A stretch of 64,000 nt of DNA from contig JAGRKB010000006.1 of the NCBI GenBank assembly GCA_020442425.1, positions 4,020 to 68,019 of the forward strand. Direction: 5' to 3'. A program made the translations under genes and the position numbers. Positions 38,181 to 48,291 of this stretch are shown here, in pieces. The stretch's first letter is position 1. Each line of letters starts with the position of its first letter. A model generated the notes under the pieces. It was not told where the DNA came from, ran no database searches, and worked only from the letters and a program-made list of their open reading frames with translations. This DNA is from Alphaproteobacteria bacterium. Its GTDB lineage: Bacteria; Pseudomonadota; Alphaproteobacteria; Micavibrionales; Micavibrionaceae.

Positions 38181-39536
38181 TCAAGGGAGAACGTCTAATA
38201 TCTTAGGCTTCGATGCAGCGCAAGGATTATGATACGAAGGCAACTCGGGAAGCGCCATAACCCAATTATCATACGAAATAAACTCGTCCCGCCCCGACTT
38301 TTGCTCCTCGGCAAAACCTGTCTCGGAAACGCCGGCAATAACACGCTGCTTGGCATCCGCAATCAAACGAAACGGAACGCTATTGGTCCCTTCAAGATAA
38401 GATTCATCAAAAAGGATGGTTCCTTCGGGCGAAAACGTAACAAGACGCGCAAAACGCCGCCCCCCGAAAGATGTTGGGCTAGCAGCCCAAAGAGTCATTA
38501 TCCGACCATCTTCCAATAAAACCATATCAACTGCCGTATAAGAATACTTACCTGTCAAAAATTTTTGCCAAATAATCTTACCCGTCGAGTCTGTTTTCAC
38601 AACCCATCCTGCCTTATCCCCCTCACCGGCAGGAATAGCATCACCAATCGCAACAACAGCGCCATCAGATGCAGAGATACCATCACGCAAAGTCGCATTT
38701 AACCCACGAGAAAATTGCTGCTGAAAATCCATCGACCCATCAGTACCAATTTTCAGTAGCCAACCGGCATCACTTCCTTTTTCATTCAGCACGCGCCCCG
38801 TTATAATCAAAGCCCCATCCGCACCTTTTCTAATACGAGACGGAATCGTTTTAATTCCGGGCAAATATTCTTTGATAGTTCTGATCTTCCCATTCTCCTC
38901 AATCCAAACCACTCCGGTAGAGGACAAATCCTTTTGAACACTCTGACGATCATGCATACGCGAGAGAACAATTTTACCGCCACTAGACAAGGGCACAAAA
39001 GAAACTGGAATAAGATCACGATCTTTATCAGACACAAGCTGCTCTTCGCGTTTTTCCCCTTTCCCATCCAGATAAAAAAGCCCGATAAAATCTTGATCCT
39101 TGCGTCTCAAATGAGACAAGACAACAATACGAGTTTTCTGCAAAACGCCATCAACCACCGAGGTCAACCCTTCAACAGAAACATAACTCTGCGTCAAAAT
39201 CTTTCCATCCTTCGACAAACGCCCCATCTCAATCTCAATATCACCAAGCCCTTTCTTTTCATGATCATCATAATAAGGCTGCCCTTCCCCAACGAAAATC
39301 ACACCGCCATCAGCAACACGCATCACCGAGCGCAACAAATCAATCCCCTGAACGCCAAGTGTCCGCTTCCACATAGCAACCTGATCAAAGTTCGGGGTAC
39401 GCATCGGAACAATTCCCTCATACACCACTTGGCACATATCCTCTGTGTCCAAACCGGTAACATTCTGCTCCTGAGCAAAGGACGGAATAGCCAAAAAACC
39501 TAGCGTTAGCGCAAAAACGCTCCCCAACAACTTCAT
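38181..39536 (-). CDS. Secreted repeat protein, probably beta-propeller-like (unknown family)
   Basis: ORF extends to 39584. The probable start MKLLGSVFALTLGFLAIPSFAQEQ is a signal peptide. DG(G/A/R)(V/L/I)hhhG blades recur (DGGVIFVGEG, DGALIITGRV, DGAVVAIGDA, DGRIMTLWAA). Confidence 0.5.
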   Translation of the reverse strand: MKLLGSVFALTLGFLAIPSFAQEQNVTGLDTEDMCQVVYEGIVPMRTPNFDQVAMWKRTLGVQGIDLLRSVMRVADGGVIFVGEGQPYYDDHEKKGLGDIEIEMGRLSKDGKILTQSYVSVEGLTSVVDGVLQKTRIVVLSHLRRKDQDFIGLFYLDGKGEKREEQLVSDKDRDLIPVSFVPLSSGGKIVLSRMHDRQSVQKDLSSTGVVWIEENGKIRTIKEYLPGIKTIPSRIRKGADGALIITGRVLNEKGSDAGWLLKIGTDGSMDFQQQFSRGLNATLRDGISASDGAVVAIGDAIPAGEGDKAGWVVKTDSTGKIIWQKFLTGKYSYTAVDMVLLEDGRIMTLWAASPTSFGGRRFARLVTFSPEGTILFDESYLEGTNSVPFRLIADAKQRVIAGVSETGFAEEQKSGRDEFISYDNWVMALPELPSYHNPCAASKPKILDVLP

Positions 39537-39615
39537 TCTGAAAACTTTACCTTGAACAATCATAAAAAACCTTCTTATATTCATCAGAATACCCGAACAA
39601 AGAGCCTACGACCAC

Positions 39616-40662
39616 ATGAAAATCCTGATTATTTCCGATGCATGGGAACCTCAACTCAACGGAGTTGTCAGAACATATCAAAATATCATTCCCGAACTCG
39701 AAGCATTAGGTCACACGATTAAAATTTTAGGCCCGCGCGACTGCCCGCATCGTACATCACCAATTAATCACGATGTTGAACTGGCGCTCTTCCCGAAAAA
39801 AACAATCGAAGAAACCCTCGACAGTTTTGAACCCGATCGCGTCCATATAGCCGTCGAAGGCCCGATTGGTTGGGCAGCCAGAAAAATTTGCATGAGCCGG
39901 AAAATAAAATTCACAACGTGCTTCCACTCAAACTTTCCGAATTTTCTGACTGCACATCTAAAAGGCATATTCAAAAAACTAGCCCCTTGGATTTCTAAAA
40001 AATGCTATGCATTCCTCAGAAAATTCCACGAATCCTCAAGTGGCATCTTTGTAGCCTCCAAAGCATTGGAAGAAGAACTGGTCTCACATGGCTTCAAAGG
40101 CCCGTTCCTGCCGATGACCCGCGGTGCCAAGGCTGAATATTTCCACACAGGCTCTGCCACAAAATTTGAAGGACTTCCGCGCCCCATCATTTTGAGCGTT
40201 GGACGAGTCTCACAAGAAAAAAATCTGGACGTCTTCTTATCTGCTAAATGCGAAGGCACAAAAGTCGTGATTGGTGAAGGTCCATATTTGGAAGAATTGA
40301 AAAAAAAATATCCGGATGTTGTGTTCTTGGGACGTCGAGAAAAAGAAGAGCTCGGCGAATATTTCAGATCAGCAGATGTCTTCGCATTCCCGAGCGAGTT
40401 TGATACATTCGGCATCGTACAAGTCGAAGCTCTGATTTCCGGTATCCCTGTTGCAGCCTTAGACTCTTATGCTGCTAAATCCGTTTTAACCACTCCCTTA
40501 TTCGGAAATTATGACAATGATTTTGAGATTGCCCTTCAAAAAGCGATTGCCTCAATAGGCGATCAATCCACACGCGAACAACGTAGCCAAAAGGCCAGAG
40601 AGCAATATTCGTGGGGGAAAGCTGCAAAACAGTTCTTGGCCTTTGATCCGAGTCTTGTGTAA
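39616..40662 (+). CDS. GT4/GT1-family glycosyltransferase
   Basis: Begins MKILIISDAWEPQLNGVVRTY. The E-x7-E region is FPSEFDTFGIVQVEALISGIPV. Confidence 0.8.
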   Translation: MKILIISDAWEPQLNGVVRTYQNIIPELEALGHTIKILGPRDCPHRTSPINHDVELALFPKKTIEETLDSFEPDRVHIAVEGPIGWAARKICMSRKIKFTTCFHSNFPNFLTAHLKGIFKKLAPWISKKCYAFLRKFHESSSGIFVASKALEEELVSHGFKGPFLPMTRGAKAEYFHTGSATKFEGLPRPIILSVGRVSQEKNLDVFLSAKCEGTKVVIGEGPYLEELKKKYPDVVFLGRREKEELGEYFRSADVFAFPSEFDTFGIVQVEALISGIPVAALDSYAAKSVLTTPLFGNYDNDFEIALQKAIASIGDQSTREQRSQKAREQYSWGKAAKQFLAFDPSLV

Positions 40663-40670
40663 AAAGACCC

Positions 40671-41060
40671 ATGGCTCACATATTAATTGCAGAAGATGAC
40701 CCTTCAATGCGCCAATTCCTGACTATGGCGCTGGAAAAGGCTGGACACCACGTTACAAGCTGCGCTGATGGTTTGGCGGCTTTTTATGCCGTGGAATCTA
40801 TAGGGGAAACCATAGACCTCCTACTTTCGGACATTGTAATGCCCGGCATGGATGGGATCGAACTGTCGCAAAAAGCCACAAAAATGCACCCAAAAATAAA
40901 AGTTCTGTTTATTACGGGCTTCTCGGCCGTGGCCATGGACAAAGGCGCAGCCAACAACGAACAAACCCGCGTCATGTCAAAACCCTTTCACCTCAATGAT
41001 TTAGTTGCACAAGTCACAGAAATCGTAGGCAATCCGTCCGAGTCAAAAACTTCAGAATAA
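40671..41060 (+). CDS. cpdR: Single-domain response regulator CpdR
   Basis: HILIAEDDPSMRQFL, LLLSDIVMPGMDGIEL, KVLFITGFSAVA and MSKPFHL match the CpdR pattern. Confidence 0.8.
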   Translation: MAHILIAEDDPSMRQFLTMALEKAGHHVTSCADGLAAFYAVESIGETIDLLLSDIVMPGMDGIELSQKATKMHPKIKVLFITGFSAVAMDKGAANNEQTRVMSKPFHLNDLVAQVTEIVGNPSESKTSE

Positions 41061-41213
41061 GTCTTGATTTCAGACAAAAATCCCGCTAAAACCACCCCCT
41101 GATGAAAATCAGTCGAAGTTATTTGCTTGCGGATCAGAAGCTGGTGACGAAGCCTAGAAAACCTAGGTGAGGAACGCAGCGACACCGTCCAAAAGGAAAG
41201 AACGATGAATGAA

Positions 41214-41290
41214 GGGCAATTAGCTCAGTTGGTTAGAGCGCTATCTTGACATGGTAGAGGTCACTGGTTCGAATCCAGTATTGCCCACCA
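41214..41290 (+). tRNA. tRNA-Val (anticodon GAC), CCA encoded
   Basis: The sequence gggcaat...attgccc-a-cca folds as a cloverleaf. The anticodon arm is ctatc-ttGACat-ggtag and the T-arm is ggttcgaatcc. Coordinates are anchored on ORF 41261..41461. Confidence 0.9.
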
Positions 41291-41301
41291 TTTACTAAAA
41301 A

Positions 41302-41326
41302 GGCCATCCGCAAGGATGGCTTTTTT
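41302..41326 (+). terminator. Rho-independent terminator after tRNA-Val
   Basis: A ggccatcc-gcaa-ggatggc hairpin is followed by T6. Confidence 0.7.
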
Positions 41327-41468
41327 GGTAAATTGGGACATACGGAGAGAACCGGTTGGTTCGACAAAACGCGGCATCAAGCGTTTTGGACGCCGAGCAG
41401 AGCGAGGTGGTCCTGAGCCGCCTAAAAGAAGGCGCGAAGGATAAAAATGCGCCCCGCGCAATTTTTAC

Positions 41469-41498
41469 AATCCAGTATTGCCCACCATTTACTAAAAA
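41469..41498 (+). repeat. 30-bp perfect direct repeat of the tRNA-Val 3' end plus trailer (first copy 41272..41301)
   Basis: aatccagtattgcccaccatttactaaaaa occurs twice, 197 bp apart. Each copy is followed by (a)ggcc and its own terminator-like hairpin. Confidence 0.85.
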
Positions 41499-41614
41499 AG
41501 GCCGCCCTTCGGGGTGGTTTTTTAGTTGGGAAAAAACCCCGTGACGTGGAGAAGATATAGCTTTATACTAACCTCCAGAATTTTCAAAAACACCCCACCT
41601 CACGGATTTTCCAG

Positions 41615-42382
41615 ATGACAGATAAAAACACCAATTCAAAGAAACTCCTCGTCCCTCTTTCTTACTGCTGCATGCTCGGTCTGGCAGTTTGGGGGGGTAC
41701 CGGCCTAATCCCCGAAGGTGTTGCGAACACCCAAGCCGGAACCCAGATCGCCAATAACGGATACGAAACCGGCTATGTAGACATTGAGCCCTCTGCCGGA
41801 CAAGAAATTTCTCAGGAAATGATGCTGGCACAAATTGATATGGAACCATCCATTCCTACAATTGAAGAGAGTGAGATCATTGATGCTCCGGCAATAGAAG
41901 AACTGGAAACGACCACCTCCACAAACGACACTCAGGAAATGACTCCTTTGCGCATTTCTCCGGACAAACCCGAAATTATTGAACTGGATCGTGGAGCCGT
42001 GAACGTCATTGTAGGGAGCGAAGAAAATCTCCGTGCTGTTCCAGACACAAACCGTAGCATTATCCTGATTCCTAAAAAGCCAGGAGCAACCTACTTCAAA
42101 GCCTTGGATGAAGACGGACAAGTCATCATGCAACGCCACGTCATTATCGGCGGCCCAAAAAGCGAATATGTTCGCGTCCGTCGTGCCTGTGTCAACGGTG
42201 AAGCTGGTTGTAAAGAGTTCAGCATGTACTACTGCCCTGATGCATGCCACGAAGTCGGCGTCATTCAAGACAAGAAAGAAACCATGGACTCGGAAACCGC
42301 TCCTCTAGATACGGTCTCTCCTAAGTCGTCTTCATCAACAACGGAATATAATCCGAACGCTTCCGAACCTATTACCGAATAA
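41615..42382 (+). CDS. Secreted protein with pilus-formation N-terminal (secretin N0-like) domain
   Basis: The signal-like N-terminus is followed by LRISPDKPEIIELDRGAVNVIVGSEENLRAVPDTNRSIILIPKKPGATYFKALDEDGQVI. That stretch parallels the N-terminus of CpaC (LKLTIGKAEIVEIPNAVADIMVADPKIADVSVL...). Four Cys lie near the C-terminus. Confidence 0.55.
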   Translation: MTDKNTNSKKLLVPLSYCCMLGLAVWGGTGLIPEGVANTQAGTQIANNGYETGYVDIEPSAGQEISQEMMLAQIDMEPSIPTIEESEIIDAPAIEELETTTSTNDTQEMTPLRISPDKPEIIELDRGAVNVIVGSEENLRAVPDTNRSIILIPKKPGATYFKALDEDGQVIMQRHVIIGGPKSEYVRVRRACVNGEAGCKEFSMYYCPDACHEVGVIQDKKETMDSETAPLDTVSPKSSSSTTEYNPNASEPITE

Positions 42383-42413
42383 ACCCAACACAAAATAAAG
42401 GGAACTCTGAAAG

Positions 42414-43142
42414 ATGATAGTTTCGATCAGAAAAAATACATTGCTGGCAATGACCGCTCTTAGCCTGATTGCGCCTGCTATAACGGCTTGTTCTCCAGCA
42501 AATACGGACACTAGTCTAGAAACAGGAGCAACCCCACTCGAGAAGAAAGGATCGATCCTTTACGGAGACAAACGAGAAAAACTCTCGGTGATAAAATCTC
42601 TGCATACAAAATCACCGGATGACCCACTGATAGCCGCACGCTACGGCAAAGCCTTACGCGAAGCTGGGCAAATAAAATCAGCAAAATCAATCCTGATTCC
42701 TCTGGCGTCGAACAAGGAAGTTGCAACCTTAGCAAACACCGAGCTTTCAGCCGTCTACCTGTCTGAAGCAAACTTTGAGAAAGCAGAATCATCCGCTCGC
42801 AAAGCCATCAAAGCCGATAAAATGAACTATCGCGCCTGGAGAAATCTAGGAAACGCGCTCGATGCCCAAGAAGAGTATAAAGAAGGGGAAGAAGCCTTCC
42901 GCAAAGCTCTGGAACTCTGGGCAGATGAAGACAAAGTTCCTGTCATGAACAATCTGGCACTTAACTTGGCAGCACAAGGCTACACAGACAAAGCATTAAC
43001 CATGCTCTACGATGCCCAGAAAATGGACCCGAACCGCGTCGAAATCGAACGCAACATCAGGATCATCAGAACCCTGAATGAACCTCCGGAATATAAAGGA
43101 ATAAAAATCCCGACACCGGAAAATAAGACCCCTAAAGAATAA
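42414..43142 (+). CDS. TPR-repeat lipoprotein (TadD-like)
   Basis: Lipobox AITAC and TPR-like helices (ARYGKALREAGQ, YRAWRNLGNALD, ALNLAAQGY). Confidence 0.6.
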   Translation: MIVSIRKNTLLAMTALSLIAPAITACSPANTDTSLETGATPLEKKGSILYGDKREKLSVIKSLHTKSPDDPLIAARYGKALREAGQIKSAKSILIPLASNKEVATLANTELSAVYLSEANFEKAESSARKAIKADKMNYRAWRNLGNALDAQEEYKEGEEAFRKALELWADEDKVPVMNNLALNLAAQGYTDKALTMLYDAQKMDPNRVEIERNIRIIRTLNEPPEYKGIKIPTPENKTPKE

Positions 43143-43171
43143 AAAGAGAGGCTCCACACGGAGCCTTTTTT
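43141..43171. terminator. Bidirectional terminator between convergent TPR gene and tadC
   Basis: A ggctcc-acac-ggagcc hairpin is flanked by A5 and T6. Confidence 0.7.
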
Positions 43172-43180
43172 ATTATCTCA

Positions 43181-44161
43181 TTATCCGCCGATAGCTCCAG
43201 CATCTTTGGCTGCCAAAAACGCTGGTACCAAAATGACGATAAACAAAGCGGGCAAGAAAAACACAATCATCGGAACCGTCAGCTTCGGAGGAAGAGCTGC
43301 AGCTTTACGCTCGGCCTCAGCCATACGCATATCACGAAGCTCATCAGAAATCACACGCATCGCAGACGAAATCGACGAACCATATTGCTCAGCCTGAATC
43401 ATAGCCGTTGCAAAAGATTTGGCAGCCCCACTCCCGACACGACGGGCAAAATCCTGTAAAGCACGACGACGATCATTCAGCATCCCCATCTCTGCGCTTA
43501 ATATTCCAAGCTCTTCGGCCAAGATAGGGCTATGCTCTGCAATTTCATCACCAACGCGATGAATGGTCTGCTCCAAACCAATTCCACCCTGAACACAAAT
43601 CAACATCATGTCGAGAGCATCAGGAAATACCAGATTAATCTCTTGCTGACGCTTGATAATATGGTTCTTGATCAAAATACGCGGCAGAAAAAATCCCAAA
43701 CCACCCAGCGCAGTAACAATCAGAAAAACAACAAACGGCTCGATTTCCTTCTCGCCATTGGTCAATATCAGCCACGAGAACAACACCAATACCAGAGGAA
43801 TAAGAATCCGCGCCCCCAAATAAAACATAGGAGCTTTCGGATCACGAATACCGGCTTGCAGCATTTGATCCCGAACCTTTTCACCCATAGCACCGAAACG
43901 TTCCTGGACCTTAAAGAAAAACGCCAAAGACTCTCTCGTGGATAAAGATTTATCCTTATCTTTATCCTTGGATTTCTTATTGTAAACTTGATCTTTGGCC
44001 TGATCATACAAAGCACGACGCCTCTTTTCGATCACATTGGTATAATGTTCTCTTTTCTCCGTACGATTAAGCATCGGCAAAGCAACGGCCACAAAAGTCA
44101 GCATCGCAGCAAAAGAAGCAACGATCAAAATAATCATACGGTCAATTTCTTCTGAAAACAT
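43181..44161 (-). CDS. tadC: Tad pilus inner-membrane platform protein TadC (T2SS-F family)
   Basis: 326 aa. The membrane topology and the FPDALDMMLICVQGGIGLEQ region are typical of the GspF/TadC family. It is the last gene of the cpa/tad operon. Confidence 0.85.
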   Translation of the reverse strand: MFSEEIDRMIILIVASFAAMLTFVAVALPMLNRTEKREHYTNVIEKRRRALYDQAKDQVYNKKSKDKDKDKSLSTRESLAFFFKVQERFGAMGEKVRDQMLQAGIRDPKAPMFYLGARILIPLVLVLFSWLILTNGEKEIEPFVVFLIVTALGGLGFFLPRILIKNHIIKRQQEINLVFPDALDMMLICVQGGIGLEQTIHRVGDEIAEHSPILAEELGILSAEMGMLNDRRRALQDFARRVGSGAAKSFATAMIQAEQYGSSISSAMRVISDELRDMRMAEAERKAAALPPKLTVPMIVFFLPALFIVILVPAFLAAKDAGAIGG

Positions 44162-44183
44162 TCTCGCCTCTCCTTTCTCCGAT

Positions 44184-45161
44184 CTAAACTTTGAAGTTAA
44201 TCATCTGACGCATAACAAGAGCTCCAAATCCCATCATCCCCAGAGCACCGAACAAAAAGAATTTACCCTTTAAAGTATAAAACAACGGATACATATAATC
44301 TGGATTAATGGCGTAAAGGCCTGCAGCAACCAAAACGGGAAGCGAAGCAATAATCGCCGCCGAAGATTTTGCCTCCGAAGACAAGGCCTGAACTTTTCTC
44401 TTCAAGCGAAAACGTGCCCGGATAACGCGCGCCAAATTCATCAAAATTTCAGACAGAGAAGAGCCGGTTTGCTGCTGAATAGCAATCCCTGTAGCAAACA
44501 TTTGCATTTCAGTAATGGGCATACGCTCCGCTGCATGCATACAAGCATCTGCCAAAGTAATACCGATTTTCTGCTCATCATAAACGCGGGACATTTCTTC
44601 ACCCACAGGCCCGTTAAACTCACGAGAGACCATTGAAATAGCCTCGCCAATCGGCATACCTGCTTTCAACAAACGCACCATGGCTTCAAGAGCATCAGGA
44701 AAATCTTCCAAAAACGCACGCTGGCGACGGGAAATCTTAATCTTCAAGAACAAACGAGGCAAACCCAAAGCCCCAACAAACGCACCAAGAATTACAAGTA
44801 CCGGACCTTTACCGCTAATCATCATTAAGAGTGTTACAGCAACACCACTGATCGCTGAAAACCCCCAGAAATTTCGAATAGGAGTGTTCGAAAATCCTGC
44901 CTGTTGCAGAAGATTTTTGATCTCCATGGACTTTTTGGATTTAACAGCATTACTCTCAGCTAACTTTTTGGCAAGATCCGCCCGACGCTTATCACGAGCA
45001 TCCTGAAGACTATCTCCCGAGCTTGAAACAGCTTGCCCAGCAATAATAGAGAGATTACGCTTCTGCTGTTCTTTTCTGGTATTCATCAGCAACAGACCGA
45101 CCATCCCCAAAATAACGGCGACAATCAATATAACCAGAAATATTAATACAGCAGAAGACAT
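44184..45161 (-). CDS. tadB: Tad pilus inner-membrane platform protein TadB (T2SS-F family)
   Basis: 325 aa, with FPDALEAMVRLLKAGMPIGEA. Paralogous to tadC. Confidence 0.85.
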   Translation of the reverse strand: MSSAVLIFLVILIVAVILGMVGLLLMNTRKEQQKRNLSIIAGQAVSSSGDSLQDARDKRRADLAKKLAESNAVKSKKSMEIKNLLQQAGFSNTPIRNFWGFSAISGVAVTLLMMISGKGPVLVILGAFVGALGLPRLFLKIKISRRQRAFLEDFPDALEAMVRLLKAGMPIGEAISMVSREFNGPVGEEMSRVYDEQKIGITLADACMHAAERMPITEMQMFATGIAIQQQTGSSLSEILMNLARVIRARFRLKRKVQALSSEAKSSAAIIASLPVLVAAGLYAINPDYMYPLFYTLKGKFFLFGALGMMGFGALVMRQMINFKV

Positions 45162-45183
45162 ATAAACTTTCTATCTCTAATTT

Positions 45184-46905
45184 CTATCCGTAAGCCTCTT
45201 CCATCGCATCCAGAACAAGCTTTTCAACTCCGAATGAACGAGCTTTATCCCAGAACTTCGGACGCATCCCTGTTGATTTCAATCTTGTAATCAACTTTCC
45301 GTCATCATCCTCACCTATAATCTCGAGGATAAACAAATCCTGCATGGTAACAACTTCACCTTCCATGCCGGTAATCTCGGTCACATGGGTCACTTTACGC
45401 GATCCGTCACGAAGACGCTGCACCTGAATAATCACATTAACCGCTGAAGAGATTTGCTCACGAACCGCAACTGTCGGAATATTCAAATTCCCCATTGCAA
45501 TCATGTTTTCCATACGAGACAAAGCTTCACGCGGGTTGTTAGCGTGAACCGTTCCCATAGACCCATCGTGACCGGTATTCATAGCCTGCAACAAGTCAAA
45601 TGCCTCAGGACCACGAACCTCACCAACGATGATACGTTCCGGACGCATACGCAGACAGTTCTTAACCAAATCACGCATCGTCACTTCCCCAACCCCTTCA
45701 AGGTTGGCGGGACGGGTTTCAAGACGCACGACGTGCGGCTGCTGAAGCTGCAATTCACAAGCATCTTCACAAGTAATCACGCGCTCACCCTGTTCAATAT
45801 AGCGGGTCAAACAGTTCAGCATCGTCGTTTTCCCGGAACCTGTACCACCGGAAATCAAAACATTCACCCGACAACGCCCAATCGCCATAATCAACTTCGC
45901 GCAAGACGGCGTCATAGCATCAAATTCAAGAAGTTTCTCAAGAGTAAGCTTATCCTTGGTAAACTTACGAATAGTCATACAAGCCCCATCAACAGCGAGC
46001 GGAGGAATAATAACGTTCACACGAGATCCGTCAGGCAGACGCGCATCACAAATTGGAGAGGATTCATCAACACGACGACCAATAGCCCCCACAATCCTCT
46101 GACAAATCGTAATCAAATGCTGATTATCACGAAACTTGATATCGGTTTTCTGGATTTTCCCTTTCCGTTCCACATAAACGGTTTCAGGACCATTAATCAT
46201 GATATCGGCGATACCGTCTTCTGCCAGCAAAGTCTCAAGCGGACCATACCCCAACATATCATCGCCGCATTCCTTTGCAATCTGAGCCATCTCCAGCGGA
46301 GTCAAATCCAGATTCCTAAAACGAGCAATTTCCTCAACAGCAGTCCGAACCTCATCACGGGCAGCTTTGCCGTCCATCCGTGCCAATGCTTTCAAATCAA
46401 TCCCGTCTCGAAGATCAGACCAAATACGAGTTCTGGCACGCTTCAAACGCAATGCTGTCATGGAATCCACTTCACCGGAAGCAGATGTCACATGAACTTC
46501 TTCTTCCTCGATATCAACAAATCCATCATCAATGGATTTTTTCTCACCTGTCTCCTCTTCATCAGAAGAAGATGTCTGTACCGGCATAACTTCTCGAGTG
46601 ATTTCTTTCCGAGGTTGTTTAACTTCATTCGCCTTCTTATCATCGTTGGTAGAAGCTTCAGAATTGGCCTCAGCCACTCCATCGCGCATAATCTCGCGAA
46701 GCTTCTCGGATACATCCTCATCCATCACTTCAACAGAACGAGAAGAACGCTCCAACGCTGCCTCCAAAGAAGCAGTTGATTCCTGAGGCACGGAAGATGC
46801 CATTTCAACATCTTTGGCTGAATTGACGACAGCAGACTTTTTCACCTCTTTTTGAGGTGTGGAAGGTGGTGTCGAACTGCCTTTTTTACCAAATCCCATT
46901 ATCAA
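45184..46905 (-). CDS. cpaF: Tad pilus secretion ATPase CpaF/TadA with long acidic N-terminal extension
   Basis: Has Walker [10 protein letters not shown], Walker B IIVGEVRG and a His box [12 protein letters not shown]. At 573 aa it is longer than the roughly 450-500 aa I recall for this family. Confidence 0.93.
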   Translation of the reverse strand: MIMGFGKKGSSTPPSTPQKEVKKSAVVNSAKDVEMASSVPQESTASLEAALERSSRSVEVMDEDVSEKLREIMRDGVAEANSEASTNDDKKANEVKQPRKEITREVMPVQTSSSDEEETGEKKSIDDGFVDIEEEEVHVTSASGEVDSMTALRLKRARTRIWSDLRDGIDLKALARMDGKAARDEVRTAVEEIARFRNLDLTPLEMAQIAKECGDDMLGYGPLETLLAEDGIADIMINGPETVYVERKGKIQKTDIKFRDNQHLITICQRIVGAIGRRVDESSPICDARLPDGSRVNVIIPPLAVDGACMTIRKFTKDKLTLEKLLEFDAMTPSCAKLIMAIGRCRVNVLISGGTGSGKTTMLNCLTRYIEQGERVITCEDACELQLQQPHVVRLETRPANLEGVGEVTMRDLVKNCLRMRPERIIVGEVRGPEAFDLLQAMNTGHDGSMGTVHANNPREALSRMENMIAMGNLNIPTVAVREQISSAVNVIIQVQRLRDGSRKVTHVTEITGMEGEVVTMQDLFILEIIGEDDDGKLITRLKSTGMRPKFWDKARSFGVEKLVLDAMEEAYG

Positions 46906-46923
46906 TCACTCAATTTAAAACAA

Positions 46924-48183
46924 TCATTTTGTTTTCAATTTACCCAACAACCCCCCCAATAATTTCGGCGAAGCATTAGTGCTTACTCCTTCACTAACAA
47001 CTACGCCGTCACCAGAGAGTTTCAAACCATCAATCATAAATTTTTGTAGCAATCCAAAAATCTCTTTGGATGCAGGATTTTCCAACAAAGACTTACCGGA
47101 GGTCTCGGAAGCACCAAACACTTTGGGCAACCAAGGAACGGAAATCTCAGGATGTATTTTCAAAGCCGTTTCAATATCATTCTCTGAAATCTCAAATCCT
47201 TGGGAAACTCCTTTTTGATTCAGAACCAAATGCACGCGATCCTCTTCTCCACCGCGCAGAGTTTTTAATTCTTGCAGAAATGATCGAGCAGCGCGTAGTG
47301 ACGGCAACGACGGAGATGAAACAACAATTGTTTCATGAGCCCGTGTAATAATCGCCGAAACCAACGCCGTCGGCGCTTGAGACAAATCAACAATTACCAA
47401 AGGATATTTTACCATCAATTTATTGATAATAACTTCATATTGTTCAGCCGTAACCGGAGCATCTAGAATGGCCTCGGCACCGGTTGCCAAAACCGATAAA
47501 TTCTCATTGACCTTAACAATCATACGACGGAAAGAATCCTGATCCGTCCCCGCAGAAACGCGAGAGGCTTCATGCAATGTCGTCATAGCCTCAGTTCCCA
47601 TAGCAACGCTGAGATAGGACTTTCCCCCCGCCGCATCAAGAATAACAGTTTTCTGATTTAAAGTTGTCGAAGCAAAAAGTGCACAGGCTTGAGCAATCGT
47701 CGAAGTTCCAACCCCGCCTTTTGCCCCAACAAAAGCCATCAAACGACACCCCGGAGCACCCAGTTTCTCAATCAGAATCTTAGCAATAAGCTCAGTCAAA
47801 ACTTCTTTAGATATAGGACGCACCAGATAATCAGAAACACCCATATCAATCAACTGACGATACAGATAAACATCATTCACAGGACCAACAACAACAGCCG
47901 CTGTATGCTCGGCACAACTACCGGCCAGAACTTCCAAACGATCAGTAAACCCTTCACCGATTTCCTCGGTTTCTACAATCAAAAGATTAGGAGATTCTTT
48001 AACGCGGAATACTTCCGTAGCACTTGCAACATCTCCATCCTGAATATCAAAGCTCACACGAGCAAAGCGCCAATCATCTTTCAGAAGAGCGGCAGCTTCG
48101 CGCATTTCCTTATCACGCACAAACAAAGCGACGCGCGCGCTAGGCAATAAAACATTCGTGATGACTTCTGAATTCTCAGACAT
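46924..48183 (-). CDS. cpaE: CpaE/TadZ pilus localisation protein (receiver-like N-domain + MinD/ParA-like ATPase)
   Basis: Deviant P-loop GAKGGVGTSTIA. The position between cpaD and cpaF fits. Confidence 0.85.
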   Translation of the reverse strand: MSENSEVITNVLLPSARVALFVRDKEMREAAALLKDDWRFARVSFDIQDGDVASATEVFRVKESPNLLIVETEEIGEGFTDRLEVLAGSCAEHTAAVVVGPVNDVYLYRQLIDMGVSDYLVRPISKEVLTELIAKILIEKLGAPGCRLMAFVGAKGGVGTSTIAQACALFASTTLNQKTVILDAAGGKSYLSVAMGTEAMTTLHEASRVSAGTDQDSFRRMIVKVNENLSVLATGAEAILDAPVTAEQYEVIINKLMVKYPLVIVDLSQAPTALVSAIITRAHETIVVSSPSLPSLRAARSFLQELKTLRGGEEDRVHLVLNQKGVSQGFEISENDIETALKIHPEISVPWLPKVFGASETSGKSLLENPASKEIFGLLQKFMIDGLKLSGDGVVVSEGVSTNASPKLLGGLLGKLKTK

Positions 48184-48291
48184 AAGACTAACCTGATGTA
48201 CCCGATTAAATTATAGTTTTTCGCAATTTTATTATAGGTACAGAGTATAAATCATAGGTTAATAAAACCCACTCAAACCAAGAGAATTTTA

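Noticed and set aside
41261-41544. ORFs 41261..41461 (-) and 41356..41544 (+) near tRNA-Val.
   Set aside because: They overlap the tRNA, its duplicated 3' end and repeat and terminator sequences. Both use non-ATG starts. They are most likely non-coding.
45454-46779. A 441-aa + strand ORF, the second longest unexplained ORF in the track.
   Set aside because: It lies entirely antisense to cpaF, whose Walker motifs are unambiguous. Its product is low-complexity (rich in N, H, R, T, F) with no motifs, so it is a typical shadow ORF. The same reasoning applies to 2885..3379, 30714..31415, 38934..39503, 47689..48150, 52751..53275, 41705..42268 and 10101..10625.
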